Shown: in pieces, positions 30,670-46,369 of the stretch
Layout: the number at the start of each line of letters is the position of its first letter
Position numbering within the stretch: the first letter of the stretch is position 1
Origin: the human T2T-CHM13v2.0 reference genome, Homo sapiens
Assembly: GCF_009914755.1 (NCBI RefSeq)
Contig: NC_060943.1
DNA: 64,000 bases
Strand: one strand, 5' to 3'
The notes under the pieces: model-generated
The model's database searches: none
The model's input: the letters and a program-made list of their open reading frames with translations, nothing else
What the model was told of the DNA's origin: nothing
Translations under genes and position numbers: made by a program

Positions 30670-31832
30670 TCAGAGGAGGAAGAGGTTTTGCTGGCTGATG
30701 CTCAGAAGGCTCTCCAATCCACAAATCCACTCACAATGGGAACTTGGGACTGGCTGGCAGCACACACCATCCTGTCTCTTTCCACGCTCCCCAGACTGCA
30801 TGCTGCCCTCCTGCGATAGCTGTCTCCATTCTGTTCCACTCAACCCTGCACTTGCTGCTCATTCTGAATGCCTTTCAGGCTCTAGTTGATCTGCTTCAGA
30901 TCCTGCACAGCAGTGGAGGCCCCTGTGGGAGTTACCCCAGGCCAAAGTGGGAGGCTCACTCGCTTTCAGCCAGAAGTTCAAGGCCAGCCTGGGCAACATA
31001 GTGGGACCCTGTCTCTACAAAAAAAAAAAAAAAAAAAAAAAAAAATTAGCCAGGCGTGGTGGCATGTGCCTGTGGTCCTAGCTATTTGGGAGGCTGAGAT
31101 GGGAGGATCACTTGAGCTCAGGAGGTTGAGGCTGCAGTCAGCTATGATGGCCCCACTGCATGCCAGCCTGGGTGACAGAGCAAAATCCTGTCTTAAAAAA
31201 AAAAAAGGCCAGGTGCGGTGGCTCACGCCTGTAATCCCAGCACTTTGGGAGGCTGAGGTGGGTGGATCATGAGGTCAGGAGTTCAAAACCAGCTTGGCCA
31301 ACATGGTAAAACCCTGTCTCTACTAAAAATACAAAAATTAGCCAGGCATGGTGGCGGGCGCCTGTAATCCCAGCTACTCAGGAGCCTGAGGCAGAGAATT
31401 GCTTTGAACCCAGGAGGCGGAAGTTGCAGTGAGCCGAGATTGCAGCACTGCATTCCAGCCTGGGCGATAGGGCGAGACTCCATCTCAAAAACAAAACAAA
31501 ACAACACCAAAAAACCCAAACAACAACCACAACTCAGAGTTACCCCACTGGCCCCTTCTTGTGGCCCTGGAGCTGCTGAGAGAGTAGTCGTTTGTAACAA
31601 ATTTGCAGTCACTGCCATCACTTCCCATATTCCAAATAGCTCCACTGGGTCCCACTTCTCTTGACCGGCCTACAGAGAGCAAATGGTTGGGACTATTTGG
31701 GGGAATATTTCTAGGTGATGAGTGAGAAGGAGGACTTTCAAACCCCAAATCTCTATGTTTATTTAATTTTATGTGGTTTTTTTTTTTGAGACAGGGTCTC
31801 GCTCTGTTGCCCGGGCTGGAGTGCAGTAGTAG

Positions 31833-32147
<315 letters not shown>

Positions 32148-32821
32148 TAGCCTCAGAGGATGACATTTGACTCCCTAATCCCAGTACCTGTCCTTAAAAG
32201 CAAGTTTGTAGTGAGCTCCAGATGCTTTAATCCCAACAGTCTTGTTTAATATCTTTTATTTCTTTTTCCTTTTTTATTTTTTTTGAGACAGAGTCTCACT
32301 CTGTCACCCAGGCTGGAGTGCCGTGGCACTATCTTGGCTCACTGCAACCCCTGCCTCTGGAGTTCAAGTGATTCTCCTGCCTCAGCCTCCTGAGTAGCTG
32401 GGATTACAGGCATGCACCACCATGCCCAGCTAATTTTGTATTTTTTTTTAGTAGAGATGGGGTTTTACCATGTTGGCCAGGCTGGTCTCGAACTTCTGAC
32501 CTCAGGTCATCTGCCCGCCTCAGCCTCCCAAAGTGCTGGGATTACAGGCGTGAGCCACCATGCCCGGCTGATTGTTTAATATCTTAACACAAAGATAATC
32601 TAATGGGAGAATTCAAGCTCTGTGGCCAATTTAGCGTGAAGGGTATTTGGGACCAACGCATGTTATTCCTGCTGACTGTGGAGACAAACCAGGTCCATGA
32701 CTGGGTGTTGACACTGGAACTATATTCCTTTTCTTAGCACCAGTCCACTGTAAGGTACAGCATTAGTTGGTGGCCTGAGGAAAGGCAAACCTCCCACGAG
32801 CTTTGCCTTGTTAAAGAGAGT

Positions 32822-32839
32822 TGACTCTAGGGGGCGCTG
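32822..32839 (+). promoter_or_regulatory. CTCF-like motif
   Basis: TGACTCTAGGGGGCGCTG. Confidence 0.45.
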
Positions 32840-33587
32840 CACTCCACGACACGGTCAGGCCCCTGGGCTCCCTTTGGCTCACTTGTTGGCTCCAATGTGC
32901 TCTGTTACAGGTGAGTGTGAGGGGATCCAGGCAGGTTTCTTGCTCCCTAGAGCTTATAGTCATCAAAGAAGAGATATAAAATGGATTACAGTGGGAAATT
33001 CTAGGTGATGGGTTATATTATCCTTTAGAACTTTTCTGCAACTTTTAATTTCCTCAAATTAAATTGCAAATTAAATTCAGTTTTAAGAAGGAAAAGTATG
33101 AAGTGCTTTGAGTACATATAACGAGGAGACCTGGCCACCCAAAAGGAAGGTGATGAGTGCGCCACACTGTGAGACAGGGCCCTGCATGGATTATATAACC
33201 TTGCAGGTGGTCTCACATTTGGGCACAGGGGTGCAGAAAGTCCAGCTGATATCAGAAGGGCCTAATTAGTTGACTGTAAAGTCAGAGGGGCAACCTAGGC
33301 TTACTTGGTTCTTTGAATGACATTACTGATAAGGAGCCCAAGTTTGTCCCCAGGGCCTGGGAGTGCTACTCTGGCCTTCAGGTGGCTGCATAGCTAGGGC
33401 TGGGGGTGGAATGCATTTAACTTTCTTAATGGGAATAAATAGTTTTCCAGGCTGACAAACATACATTAACAGGGTGGGCTAGTTTCTGTTGGATGGAAGA
33501 GTTACCCTGGATCCCTGAGAAGTAACGACAGTATCCAGGATTAATTAGGTTGTAAAGTAGTAACCAGGAGTTTTACATATCTTTTAA

Positions 33588-33683
<96 letters not shown>

Positions 33684-33940
33684 TGATCCTTCTGCCTTAG
33701 CCTCCTGAGTAGTTGGGACTACAGGCTAGTGCTACCACACCTGGCTAATTTTTGTACTTTTTGTAGAGATGGGGTTTCACCATGTTGCCCAGGCTGGTCT
33801 CAAACTCCTGGCCTCAAAGAATCCACTTGCCTCAGCCTCCCAAAGTGTTGGGATTACTACAGGTGTCAGCCACCACACCCAGCCAATTTGGTTTAATTCT
33901 TACAATTATTCTAACGACTTAGCTATTATCCTCCCTGTAA

Positions 33941-34159
<219 letters not shown>

Positions 34160-35398
34160 TAGCCTCGATGGTCTCAATCTCGTGACCTCGTGATCCACCC
34201 GCCTCGGCCTCCCAAAGTGGTGGGATTACAGGCATGAGCCACTGCGCCCGGCCATTAAACAACTTTTAAAAACGGACATGGTAAAATATTGAAAATGTAC
34301 TAAGGAGCAGGTAAGGGAAAAAAAGTCACCTTTTCACACCTGACCAGCTGTCCTTCTGTTTCCCCTTCCCAGAAGTAACTCTGGTTGTGTCTTTCTTTTG
34401 TGTGTGTGTGTGCTTTTTTTTTTTTTTTGAGATGGAGTCTCTGTCTGTCGCCCAGGCTGGAGTGCAGTGGCGCGATCTTGGCTCACTGCAACTTCTGCCT
34501 CCTGAGTTCAAGTGATTCTTGAGCCTCAGCCTCCCTAGTAGCTGGGATTACAGGCGTGCGCCACCACACCCAGCGAATTTTTTGTATTTTTAGCAGAGAT
34601 GTGGTTTCGCCATTTTGGCCAGGCTGGTCTCAAACTCCTGACCTCAAGTGATCCGCCCACCTCCCAAAGTGCTGGGATTACAGGCGTGAGCCACTGTGCC
34701 TGGCCAAAAATATTTTTCTTATGCAAGTGATAGTATACTATATACACTGTTATTCACTTTTCTCTTAATATACCTTTAAGACTAATTCATATTAATACAT
34801 ATAACTCATTTCCCAACAGTTACTAGCTGCAGGGTATTCCACCGTGTGGCTGAACTATCATTTATTTATTCAAATTTCTATTAATGGACATTCGGTAGTT
34901 TCCAACCTTTTGCTACTGCAGCTAATGCCGCAAATGAGTATCTTTGTTAGTGCCTCATAACATTTTAATTTTATTTGATTTTAATTAACTTAAATTGTAG
35001 AACTGAGGCCAGGCATGGTGGCTCACGCCTGTAATCCCAGCATTTTGGGAGGCCGAGGCTGGCAGATCACGTCAGGAGATCGAGACCATCCTGGCTAACA
35101 TGGTGAAACCCAGTCTCTACTAAAAATACAAAAATTAGCTGGGTGTGATGGCGCCTGCCTGTAATCCCAGCTACTTGGGAGGCTGAGGCAGGAGAGTCAC
35201 TTGAACCAGGGAGTCAGAGGTTGCAGGGAGCCGAGGTGGCGCCACTGCACTCCAGCCTGGCGACAGAGTGGGACTCCGTCTCCAAAAAAAAAAAAAAAAA
35301 AAGTAGAACTGAAGCAATGAAAACATTTTTCCATTAACCTAACTTGGAATAATATTTTGGATATATTTGGGTTAAATAAAATATTAAAATTAATTTCA

Positions 35399-35557
<159 letters not shown>

Positions 35558-36550
35558 TCAAAATTAAAATTGCATATGTGGCTTGCATTACACATAAAAA
35601 CACACACATATATAATTTTTTTTTTTTTTAAAGAGACAGGGTTCTGCTTTGTCGCCCAAGCTGGAGGGCAGTGGTGCAATCATGGTTCACTGCAGTCTCA
35701 AACTCCTGGGCTTAAGCGATACTCAGCCTCTTAAATAGCTGGGACTATGGCCACATGCCACCACGCCTAGCTAGTTTTTTAGTTTTAGTAGAGATAGGGT
35801 CTTGCTATGTTACCCGGCCAGTCTCCAACTCCTGGCCTTAAGTGATCCTCCTGCCTCGGTGGCTCAAAGTGCAGGGTATATTTCTCTTAGCTAGTATTGC
35901 TCTACATTGTTGTAGTCTGGTGGTGGCCTGATATCCCTACTGGACTGAAAACTCCCTGAAGGTAGGAGTCCAGTCTGTCTGGATTTCTCTTGTGTCTCCA
36001 TAATCACCCAACCTGACATGGAATAGGTGGTTAATCCATTTTTGTTGAATGAGTGGAAAAATGTGCTCTCCCAGGAAGAAACATATGCTTCCCAGCTTCA
36101 AGTGTTAGTGAACATCTTCCTAGAAGGCAGGCTGAGGCGGAAAGGGTATTGACTCCGGCTTCTCCACCAGAGGACCTTGCAATTCCAGTCAATTCCCTCG
36201 GTAACTCTTATGGAGGAGTGGCAATATACCTTAAAAAAGGAGTGTGTGTTGCGGGGTATTCCGCTGCTTGGTTATGTCACCAGGTGGATTAAATTTGGAC
36301 AAAATTTCCCAAGGTGTAGGTACTCTACAAACACTAGTTACCCTCAGGAATGTGCGATCAACAAAAGAATGCAAGATAACAAGGCCCCTAGGCAGCCCCT
36401 GGGTCTTGTGGCTCCCGTCGAAGGCAGAGCTCTGGAGCCGCCTACGCCGGGGACAGGCGACTACACCTGGGGCCCCTCACCCTCGGGCCTCCTGCACGTG
36501 GCAGGGAAGGCAGGGCGTCTCTATCTCAAAGCATTGGCTGCGCCTGTTAC

Positions 36551-36730
36551 CTGCGACAGGATTCCCGACAAGGGACGGGTACGGCGTGTGCACTCAGGAG
36601 CTCCTAGAGCTAGGGGCAGCAACTAAGAAGCTACCTGGCGGATGTTGCGAGAGGACTCCGCCCACAGAACGGTTGGCCCCCAACCCCGCAGCCGGCGGAC
36701 TTCCCGAGGCCAGGGGTCTGAACGCGCGTG
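36551..36730 (-). other. WDR87: Probable non-coding exon 1 of WDR87 (5' end approximate)
   Basis: Minus-strand donor GCAG|gtaaca at 36551/36550 at the edge of the CpG island; exon 2 has an acceptor, so an upstream exon is required. Confidence 0.65.
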
Positions 36731-37259
36731 CGCATGGGCGCGCGCCCGGCGCGAGAACGCGCGCGCGCTCTCGAAAGAAAAAAAAAAAAAATCCTCTCCG
36801 CGGGGTCCCGCGGCAATTTAGGCCGGGGTCTGCCGACGACCGCGCGTGCGCGGGCGTGCATCTACGCCCTCCTCCACCGCCCCCTCCGCTGGGGGTCTAG
36901 CGCACTGCTCCGCTTCCCCCGTTTCCCCCGGGCTAGCGTCCTAGGGGTAAGTGACTCGAGCCTGGCAGAGAGTGAGGGAGAGGTTCCGCCGAATGAAGGG
37001 AGGAGGTAGACGGGGCCAGGAGAAAGGAGAAACCGCCCCGGCGGGGCGAAGAGCGCGGCTCTCGAGCTGTAGTCTGCAGGAGACACACCTCCCTCCCTCA
37101 CGCCCCTCGGGGCTGCGGAAGTGCTCTACAGACTGGAGCTGCACGAAGGCGACCAGCGGACTACCGTTCCTAGGAGGCAGCGCGGCGGTGCGCCTACGGC
37201 TCCCGGCAGCCCCCGCGCGCCATTCTCTTTTTGAGTTCGCGGCCGGCTAGGGCGAAACT

Positions 37260-37410
37260 ACAGTTCCCAGGAGGACTCGCGCGAAGCGGCTTGGAAGTGG
37301 GCAGCCTGGAAGTCACTCGGGCCACCGGAGCTGGCGGCGTCTCCAGCGAGCGGCGCGGAGCTGGACGCCGCGATCGTGGGGCCCGCGAGGCGGGCAGCCG
37401 GGGCGTCCAG
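37260..37410 (+). other. SIPA1L3: Probable non-coding first exon of SIPA1L3 (5' end approximate); the window downstream is intron 1
   Basis: Donor CCAG|gtacgt at 37410/37411 in the CpG island; the gene name rests on recalled head-to-head synteny with WDR87, as no SIPA1L3 coding sequence is in the window. Confidence 0.72.
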
Positions 37411-40400
37411 GTACGTGGCTCCGGGTGCAGGATCGGCCTCGCGCAAGGGTGGCGGGGAATCGGTGGCTGCCCGGACCCCGAGGGTCAGCGCGGGCGGACG
37501 GCCGGGTGTGGGTACTGGCCGTGGGGGGCGGCGGCGCCGGGACTCGCGCCCTCCGGACCCAGCCGGACTCGTGCCCGCATGGCTCAACTTTCCAGGCGTG
37601 CACCCCGGCGCTGTGGTGAAGAGCTTGGAGGCGGGGAGCGGTGGATTCGCGTCCCGGCTGTGCCACTCGGGAGCCGCGATCTGGGAAAACCGCGCCGAAC
37701 CTCAATTTCCCCTGCAGTAAAACGGAGTAGGAGAGCATCTTGGCGGAGACTCTGTTGAGATAATATAATAAAACATTTGGCACATAGGAGGCACTTACTA
37801 CGTATTTGGGTTATTGTTAGCTCTCCGAAAAATGAGGTGAAGATGTTATCGATTGCATAGGGTGAGGATTAGTTGAGCGTGTGCATGTAAAGAGGTGAGT
37901 CCTTAGTTAGCACCCAATGCAGGCTAGCTGCTGTTAACCGAGATTATTTTGTTAAGAGCGTTGGTTTGGAAGGCAGAGAGACCCCAGGTTCAAATTTGAA
38001 CATTTACCAGCTGTGTGACTTTGGGCAACTGGCTTCACCTCTCTGTGCCTTGGTTTCCCTATCTATAAAATGGGGATTTAAATAGCAACCACTTCGTCGA
38101 GTTGTTTTCAGGATGCAGTGAGAATACCATGTGTAAAGTGCTTAGCACAGCAGCTGGCATATAACGCTCAGTAAATGGTACCATTTATTCAGCGTTTTCC
38201 TAGTGGCCCAGAGACCCTCTGAGGGTGGGGCTCTGGCCGTAGTATTGGTCACCCCCGAGGGCCAGATTCAGAACTGGTCCAGTTGACTTCCCTTCCTACT
38301 ACCTCAGGTTCCTCATTTACAAAATGGGATAATAACAAGATCACTCTCAAAGGGTTGTAAGGATTTGCTGAGATTGTATTTCTAGTCCAGCGCCATCTCT
38401 CACTAAGTAGCAGCTCTTATGTATTATAATTGTTCTTCAATATTCTCCATCTGGCCCAGAGACTGCCTGACTGTGGGCTGTGACATGACAGCCCTGAGCT
38501 CCCCCACACATTTGCTCCCATCCTCAGTGTCCCATCTGTGGAATGGTAGTCATAGGACTTTTGTGCCAGGATTGTTTGGATGGTTCCAGGAGATAATTCA
38601 TGTTTAGTGCTTTGCACAAGGCCCGGCACACAGTAAGTGCTTATTAAATGATTAAATGTATCTTGCTGTTTTTTTTTTTAATAGGCCCTTTTTGCTTCTG
38701 TTTGTACCTACATGGCAGAGTGAGCACAAAGTTAGTGTTTTTTTATCTTCCCCCTCCCTCCCAAATTTTACTTACCAAAGATTAAATTATGGAACACACT
38801 ATAGTAGAAAGGCCTAAGAAGAAATGGGTCTGACCTGCCATCAGCAGTCCCCTGCTCACACACCCCTCCCCACAGAGCCAGTATGTTCACTCCAGTGCTT
38901 TAATTATTGTCCTGGTGCTGCCAGCTTTTGCCTTTGTGTCCCAAAGCCACTGAGTCCCCTGCACTCCAGCTCCAGATGTGGAGCCTGTGCTTCTTTGATG
39001 CTGTGGCTCAAAGAAGTGGCTGTTTCTTGGGCACCATAAACTCAGCATGTCCAACCTGAACTCCTTCTCCTCCTGGAACCAGTAGTCACCATCTTGGCAA
39101 ATGTGCCAGCATTGACCTGGTTGCCTAAGCCAGAAACCTGGGAGTTGCTCTTCTTCCCCAGCCTTCCCATATCCAGTCAACTAGCAAGAAGGACGAAGCT
39201 GCCATTTCATAGAAACACCATTTCATTGGCCCATATTGGTCTCCCATCTGATGGGCACTGAAAGTTCCCCTCAGCTTGAGACGGAGTCTTGCTCCATAGC
39301 CCAGGCTGGAGTGCAGTGGCACAATCTCAGCTCACTGAAGCCTCCGTCTCCTGGGTTCAAGCAATTCTCCTGCCTCAGCCTCCTGAGTAGCTGGGATTAC
39401 AGGTGCCCGCCACCACACGTGGTTAGTTTTTTTTTTTTTAGTAGAGATGGGGTTTTCACCATGTTGGCCAGGCTGGTCTCGAACTCCTGACCTCAGGTGA
39501 TCTACCCATTTTGGCCTCCCAAAGTGCTGGGATTGTAGGGCATGAACCACCGCGCCTGGCTGTGACAAGGTTAAGTCAAGTCATTAGGGATTAACATACG
39601 TAAACCTATGTAACATATGTATTAATAAGGGCAAGAAGATGTTATAGACTTGGCTAGACAGCAGTGGCTGTGGATGTGGCATGAAAGCCTGGCTTTCAGG
39701 GGACCCAGTTCTGTGATTTTAGCCTGGTAAAGATCGGCTGAGTTGTTAATTTCTTTCAGAAAAGTTAGATGGTGTCAGCGGCTTAGAATATCCCGTGTGG
39801 GAGGGTGGCCATCCTGGGCATTTCAGGAGGCAGCACACATACCACACACCCAAGAAGAGGCTGGGAAGGGAATTTATTAGCGCTCCCCTTAGGTTGAGTT
39901 TATTGTCAGAAACCTGTCATTGTGATTTCATTTGATGATAGAAACCGGTGGCCTCAATCACATTTGTGATGGCCAACAAATTTACCTAAGCATTTTGCTA
40001 ACCTGAAGAAGTAAAGCAGTGGCTTAAAAAAAAAAAAAAAAGCAGCACGTGGCTTTTTAGCAGTCAGTGTAGAATGAATGATCTAAGAGTTAAATGTGAG
40101 TCTGTGTTTCAGACATTGCAGTTGTTAGGTGGTAAATCAAAAGTGGAATTTAGAATGTGCAGTGATTGGTGCCTCATTTTTTTGCTGTAAAATATATTTT
40201 ACTGATATATTTCAAACATAGTCTTAGTAACTTGTAAAATGTAAATTAAATGTATTTACATTTTAATAAAAGAATTCAATAATCATTTCCTTTAAAATAA
40301 AGTGTTTGTTTTTAGCTATTAGAATGAGAGGCTATTTGGCAGGGTGCAGTGGCTCATGCCTGTAATCCCAGCACTTTGGAGGCTGAGGTGGGTGGATCAC

Positions 40401-40649
40401 TTGAGCCCAGGAGTTTGAGAGCAGCCTGGGCAACATGGCGAAACCCCATCTCTACAAAAAATTAGTCAGGTGTGGTGGCACACATCTCTAGTCCCAGCTA
40501 CCCGGGATGTTGAGGCTGTAGTGAGCTGTGATTGCAGCATTGCACTCCAGCCTGTGTGACAGAGTGAGACCCTGTCTCAGAAAAAAAAAAAAAAAAAGAA
40601 TGAGAGGCTGTTGTACCAGTTTGTGCATTTGTGTATTCTTCAAGACTGA

Positions 40650-40882
<233 letters not shown>

Positions 40883-42017
40883 TGATCCACCCACCTTGGC
40901 CTCCCAAAGTGTTGAGATTACAGGCGTGAGCCACCGTGCCTGGCCTATTGCTTCCTTTTTTTAAGGACTATTTTGGTCATGACCTTTTGTGCGTGTGTGT
41001 ATGTATGTGATTGGGTTGAATTTAGCTTAAAAAAAGTTATGCAAGAAATTCATGCTTGTTGTAACGTGTCAAACAATACAGAGGTGTAGGGAAAATACCT
41101 AGTGCCACCCTCCACTCCAAAACCCCATGTCGCCAGAGATAACCATTTATTCAGACAGTGAGTATCTATTAAGTATCTATTGCTAGGCTTTGGAGATAGC
41201 ATAATGAACAAAATGGATGTGCTCTCTGCCCTTGTGATTTGGACAGATGCTTCAGTTATCTTTTTCTGTGTTTATATTGATTATGTTTGTATGTATGTGC
41301 GTGTGTGTGTGTGTGTGTGTGTATCGACTGTTTTCTTCCTCCTCCCATACCATTCCCCAAAAAAGGAGGGGGTAGGGATCAAGCTACACCTATTTGTAAC
41401 CCAGTTTTTTCAATTAATGGCTGGGCATGTCCTTCCAAGTCATTACATATAGATCTGGCTTATCCTTTTCAACAGCTGTACCCACATTCTTCAGTGCAGA
41501 GAGACCACGCTTTATTCCAGCATTCCCCCACTGCTGGTCCTTTAGGTTGTTCCTCTGAGATGTCTTTTTTTTTTTTTTGAGACGGAGTCTTGCTCTATCG
41601 CCCAGGCTGGAGTGCAGTGGCGCAATCTCAGCTCACTGCAAGCTCCGCCTCCTGGGTTCACGCCGTTCTCCTCTGCCTCAGCCTCTCCGAGTAGCTGGGA
41701 CTACAGGCGCCCGCCACCACGCCCGGCTAATTTTTTGTATTTTTAGTAGAGATGGGGTTTCACCGTGGTCTCGATCTCCTGACCTCGTGATCCGCCCACC
41801 TCAGCCTCCCAAAGTGCTGGGATTACAAGCGTGAGCCACCGCGCCTGGCCCCTCTGAGATTTCTTTACCTCAGCAAACACACATCTAATAAGTATCCTTG
41901 GTGGTGGCTCAGGAGATCGAGACCATCCTGGCTAACACAGTGAAACCCCGTCTCTACTAAAAAATACAAAAAAATTAGCCAGGCGTGGTGGCCGGTGCCT
42001 GTAGTCCCAGCTGCTCA

Positions 42018-42287
<270 letters not shown>

Positions 42288-44313
42288 TCAAAAAAAAAAA
42301 AGTATAAAAAGTATCCTTTCACATAGGCAGCATGGCCCAGTGGCTGAAGCACAAACTCTGGGGCCACATGGTCTGGGTTCACACTGTGACTCTATCCTAT
42401 ATTAGTTGTGATACCTTGGGCAAATCATGTGTCCTTCTGAGCCTTAGTGTCCTGATCTGAAAATGGGGATGATACCAGTGTCTTCCTTATAGGGTGGTTG
42501 TTGAGAGGTTCCATAAGATTATCTATGTCAAGCCTTCAGGGCAGGGCCAGCTGTGATCTTTTTTTTAGAGACAGGGTCACTCTGTTGCCCACGCTGGAGT
42601 GCAGTGGCGTCATCATAGCTCACTGTAACCTTGAACTCCTGGGCTCAAGTGATCCTCCCACCTCAGACTCCCTAGTAGCTGGGGCTACAGGTGTGCACCA
42701 CCACACCCAGCTAATTTTTAAATTTTTGTAGAGATAGGGTCTCACACTATGTTGCCTAGACTGGTCTCGAAGTCCTGGCCTCAAATGATCCTCCCGCCTC
42801 AGCCTACATGTGTTCTTTCAAACCCAGAGAAATTCACAGGAAGAGCCAACTCAATCACTTGAAACACCAGGTAGAAATAAGAAAAAGTTATATTGCAGGG
42901 ATCCCGCTTGGAGATGTTGGGGGCCTAAGGTGAGGGATCCAGCTGCCGCTGAAAGAAGGGAGGAGATTTGCCCAGGAAGACAGGAGCCAGTAAAGTGCCC
43001 TGACCACAGTGGGTGGTGGGGGTGAGGGGCTGGTGGTGGAGCATCAGTGGGAAATATCACTCCTCATATTTGCGAGAAGTGTGCCATGGTTGGAAGGTGG
43101 CTTAGGTGGCGGGCAGACCAAGTTCAAATCACAGTATAGCCACTAACTTGTAAGATGTGCACTGAGCTTTTTTCTTCATTGGCAAAATGGGTATGATAGT
43201 AGTCTTTACCTCGGGGGTCGCTGGAGACTGAATGAAATGTCTGCAAGACTTTCAGCACATTAGGCTGTCATTAGCCCTGTGCAGTTAGCTACTATTCTTA
43301 TTTTATTGAGTTGACAGATGTGTTGAGACCCTGCTGTGAGCCAGGGTCCTATCCTAGGCACTGAGGATTCAGCAGTCAACAAGACAGACAAGATCCTTGC
43401 TGTCCTAGGGTTTACATTCTAGCCATTCTAGCCCGGGAAGACACACAATAAACAGGATCATTTCACTTTGTGTTTTTGAGATGGAGTCTCGCTGTCACCC
43501 AGGCTGGCACAATCTCAGCTCACTGCAACCACTGCCTCCCAAGTTCAAGCCCATCTCCTGCCTCAGGCTCCTGAGTAACTGGGATTACAGGCATGCGCCA
43601 CTATGCCCTGCTGATTTTTGTATTTTTAGTAGAGGAGGGGTTTTGCCATGTTAGCCAGGCTGGTCTTGAACTCCTGACCTCAGGTGATCTGCCTACCTTG
43701 GCCTTGTACAGTGCTGGGATTACAGGCGTGAGCCACTGTGCCCAGCCTTTTCTTTCTTTTTTTTTTTTTTAATTAAAAAAAATCCTGGCTGGGCACAGCG
43801 GCTCACGCCTGTGATCACAGCACTTTGGGAGGCTGAGGCGGGCAGATCACGAGGTCAGGAGATCGAGACCATCCTGGCTAACAAGGTGAAACCCCGTCTC
43901 TACTAAAAATACAAAAATTAGCCAGGTGTGGTGACAGGCGCCTGTAGTCCCAGTTACTCGGGAGGCTGAGGCAGGAGAATCACGTGAACCTAGGAGGCAG
44001 GAGGAGGCGGAGTTTACAGTGAGCCTAGATTGCACCACTGCACTCCAGCCTGGGCGGCAGAGTGAGAGGCCATCTCAAAAAAAAAAAAAAAAAATCCTGA
44101 TCCTGCCTCTTCAGATAGTTTTAACTGTGATGGAGAAAATTTAACAGGGTAAGTGGAGAGCAAATGGCTGATGGGGCAAGATGGCGGTGGTTACCTTAGC
44201 TTGGATGGTCAGGGAAGGCCTCCCAGGCCTCTTTGAGGAGTCATGTGAACTGATACCTTAATGAGCAGTGGCACTGGCTATGCCGAAAGTTGAAGAAAGA
44301 ACATTCCAGGTAG

Positions 44314-44743
<430 letters not shown>

Positions 44744-45946
44744 TAGAGACCTGTTTTGCCCAGGCTGATCTTGAACTTCTGGGCTCAGGTGATCCTCCAC
44801 CCTCAGTCTTCCAAAGTGCTAAGATTACAGGCACGAGCCACCATACCTGGCCTACTTTTTTATAAAATAATAATAATGATAGCAGCTTACCTGGTGCTTA
44901 CTCTGTGCTAGATGCTTTTCTAAGCATTTCACACATTCCTCAGTTAATCCTGACAGTAGTCCAGTGAAGTAATTAACTTGATCAAACTCATTTTACAGAT
45001 GAGGAAACTGATTCCACCCTCCATGCTCTTCACCTGCATTCTAAACTCTTCCAGGGCCCTCCTTACCAGGCAGAGGCAAATTGAGGAAGTGGACACAGCA
45101 TTTCCTTTCCTTGTTGTTTGACATGCAAAGCACTTTAGACTATATTTAGTACCTAATTGATGTGGCAGCAGGGGCCGCCTGGGATGTTGTGGCATCATTT
45201 TTGCTCTCAATGAGACACGATAGGGATGGTTTGGTGGTGGTTTCAAAACTAAAGACCCTCCAGCAGAGCCTGTCAAGTAAAACAAGGTTGACTGCTTGGT
45301 TGCCATACCAGGCACAGGTTAGCATGAAACAAAGTGTAGTGTCCAAGGAGAGGGAGCAGGGTGTCTCCTTTGGGTGAGCTTTGCAAGGGGACTTGGGACT
45401 TGGCTGGAAAAGGTGTTTTTTTTTGTTTGTTTGTTTTTGTTTTTTTTGAGTCAGAGGCTCGCTCTGTTGCCCACGCTGGAGTGCAGTGGTGTGATCTGGG
45501 CTCACTGCAACCTCCGCTTCCTGGGTTCAAGCGATTCTCCTGCCTCAGCCTCCTGAGTACCTGGAGTTACAGGCGCCCACCGCCACTCCCAGCTAATTTT
45601 TGTATTTTTAGTAGAGATGGGGTTTCACCATCTTGGCCAGGCTGGTCTCCAACTCCTCACCTCAAGTGATCCGACGGCCTCAGCCTCCCAAAGTGTTGAG
45701 ATTACAGATGTGAGCCATGCACCCAGCTGGAAATGGTGTTTTAAGCACACTAGCCATGTGGGCTGTTAAAGTATCATACTATAGCCCATCAACTAAGACA
45801 ATGATTCTTGGACCTGTAAGGGCCCCAGGTCCCTGCTCCGGCATCATGACCTGTGTGCACTTTGATTTGCTGTAGCCTGGGCGTATTTTGAATGAAGGGT
45901 AGCCCTGGTTAGATGTGAGGACAGTAGTGGGTGCTTTTAAGACTAA

Positions 45947-46369
<423 letters not shown>

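Larger units (their letters stand above)
36415..37720. promoter_or_regulatory. CpG island, bidirectional promoter for WDR87 (-) and SIPA1L3 (+)
   Basis: Very high GC and CpG content; NRF1-like GCGCGTGCGC at 36724 and 36842; ETS CGGAAGTG at 37116-37123; ZNF143/THAP11-type ACTACAGTTCCCAG at 37257-37270; divergent splice donors on either side. Confidence 0.9.

Noticed and set aside
31545-31670. Lipocalin-like peptide [18 protein letters not shown] on the minus strand
   Set aside because: A single short GxW resemblance; another frame of the same DNA fits the collinear WDR87 fossil better
36177-37783. Overlapping R/G/A/P-rich ORFs in the CpG island
   Set aside because: Expected in very GC-rich DNA; no recognisable domain
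44944-45377. ORFs in a unique intronic block as a processed pseudogene
   Set aside because: No recognisable protein, poly-A tail or TSD
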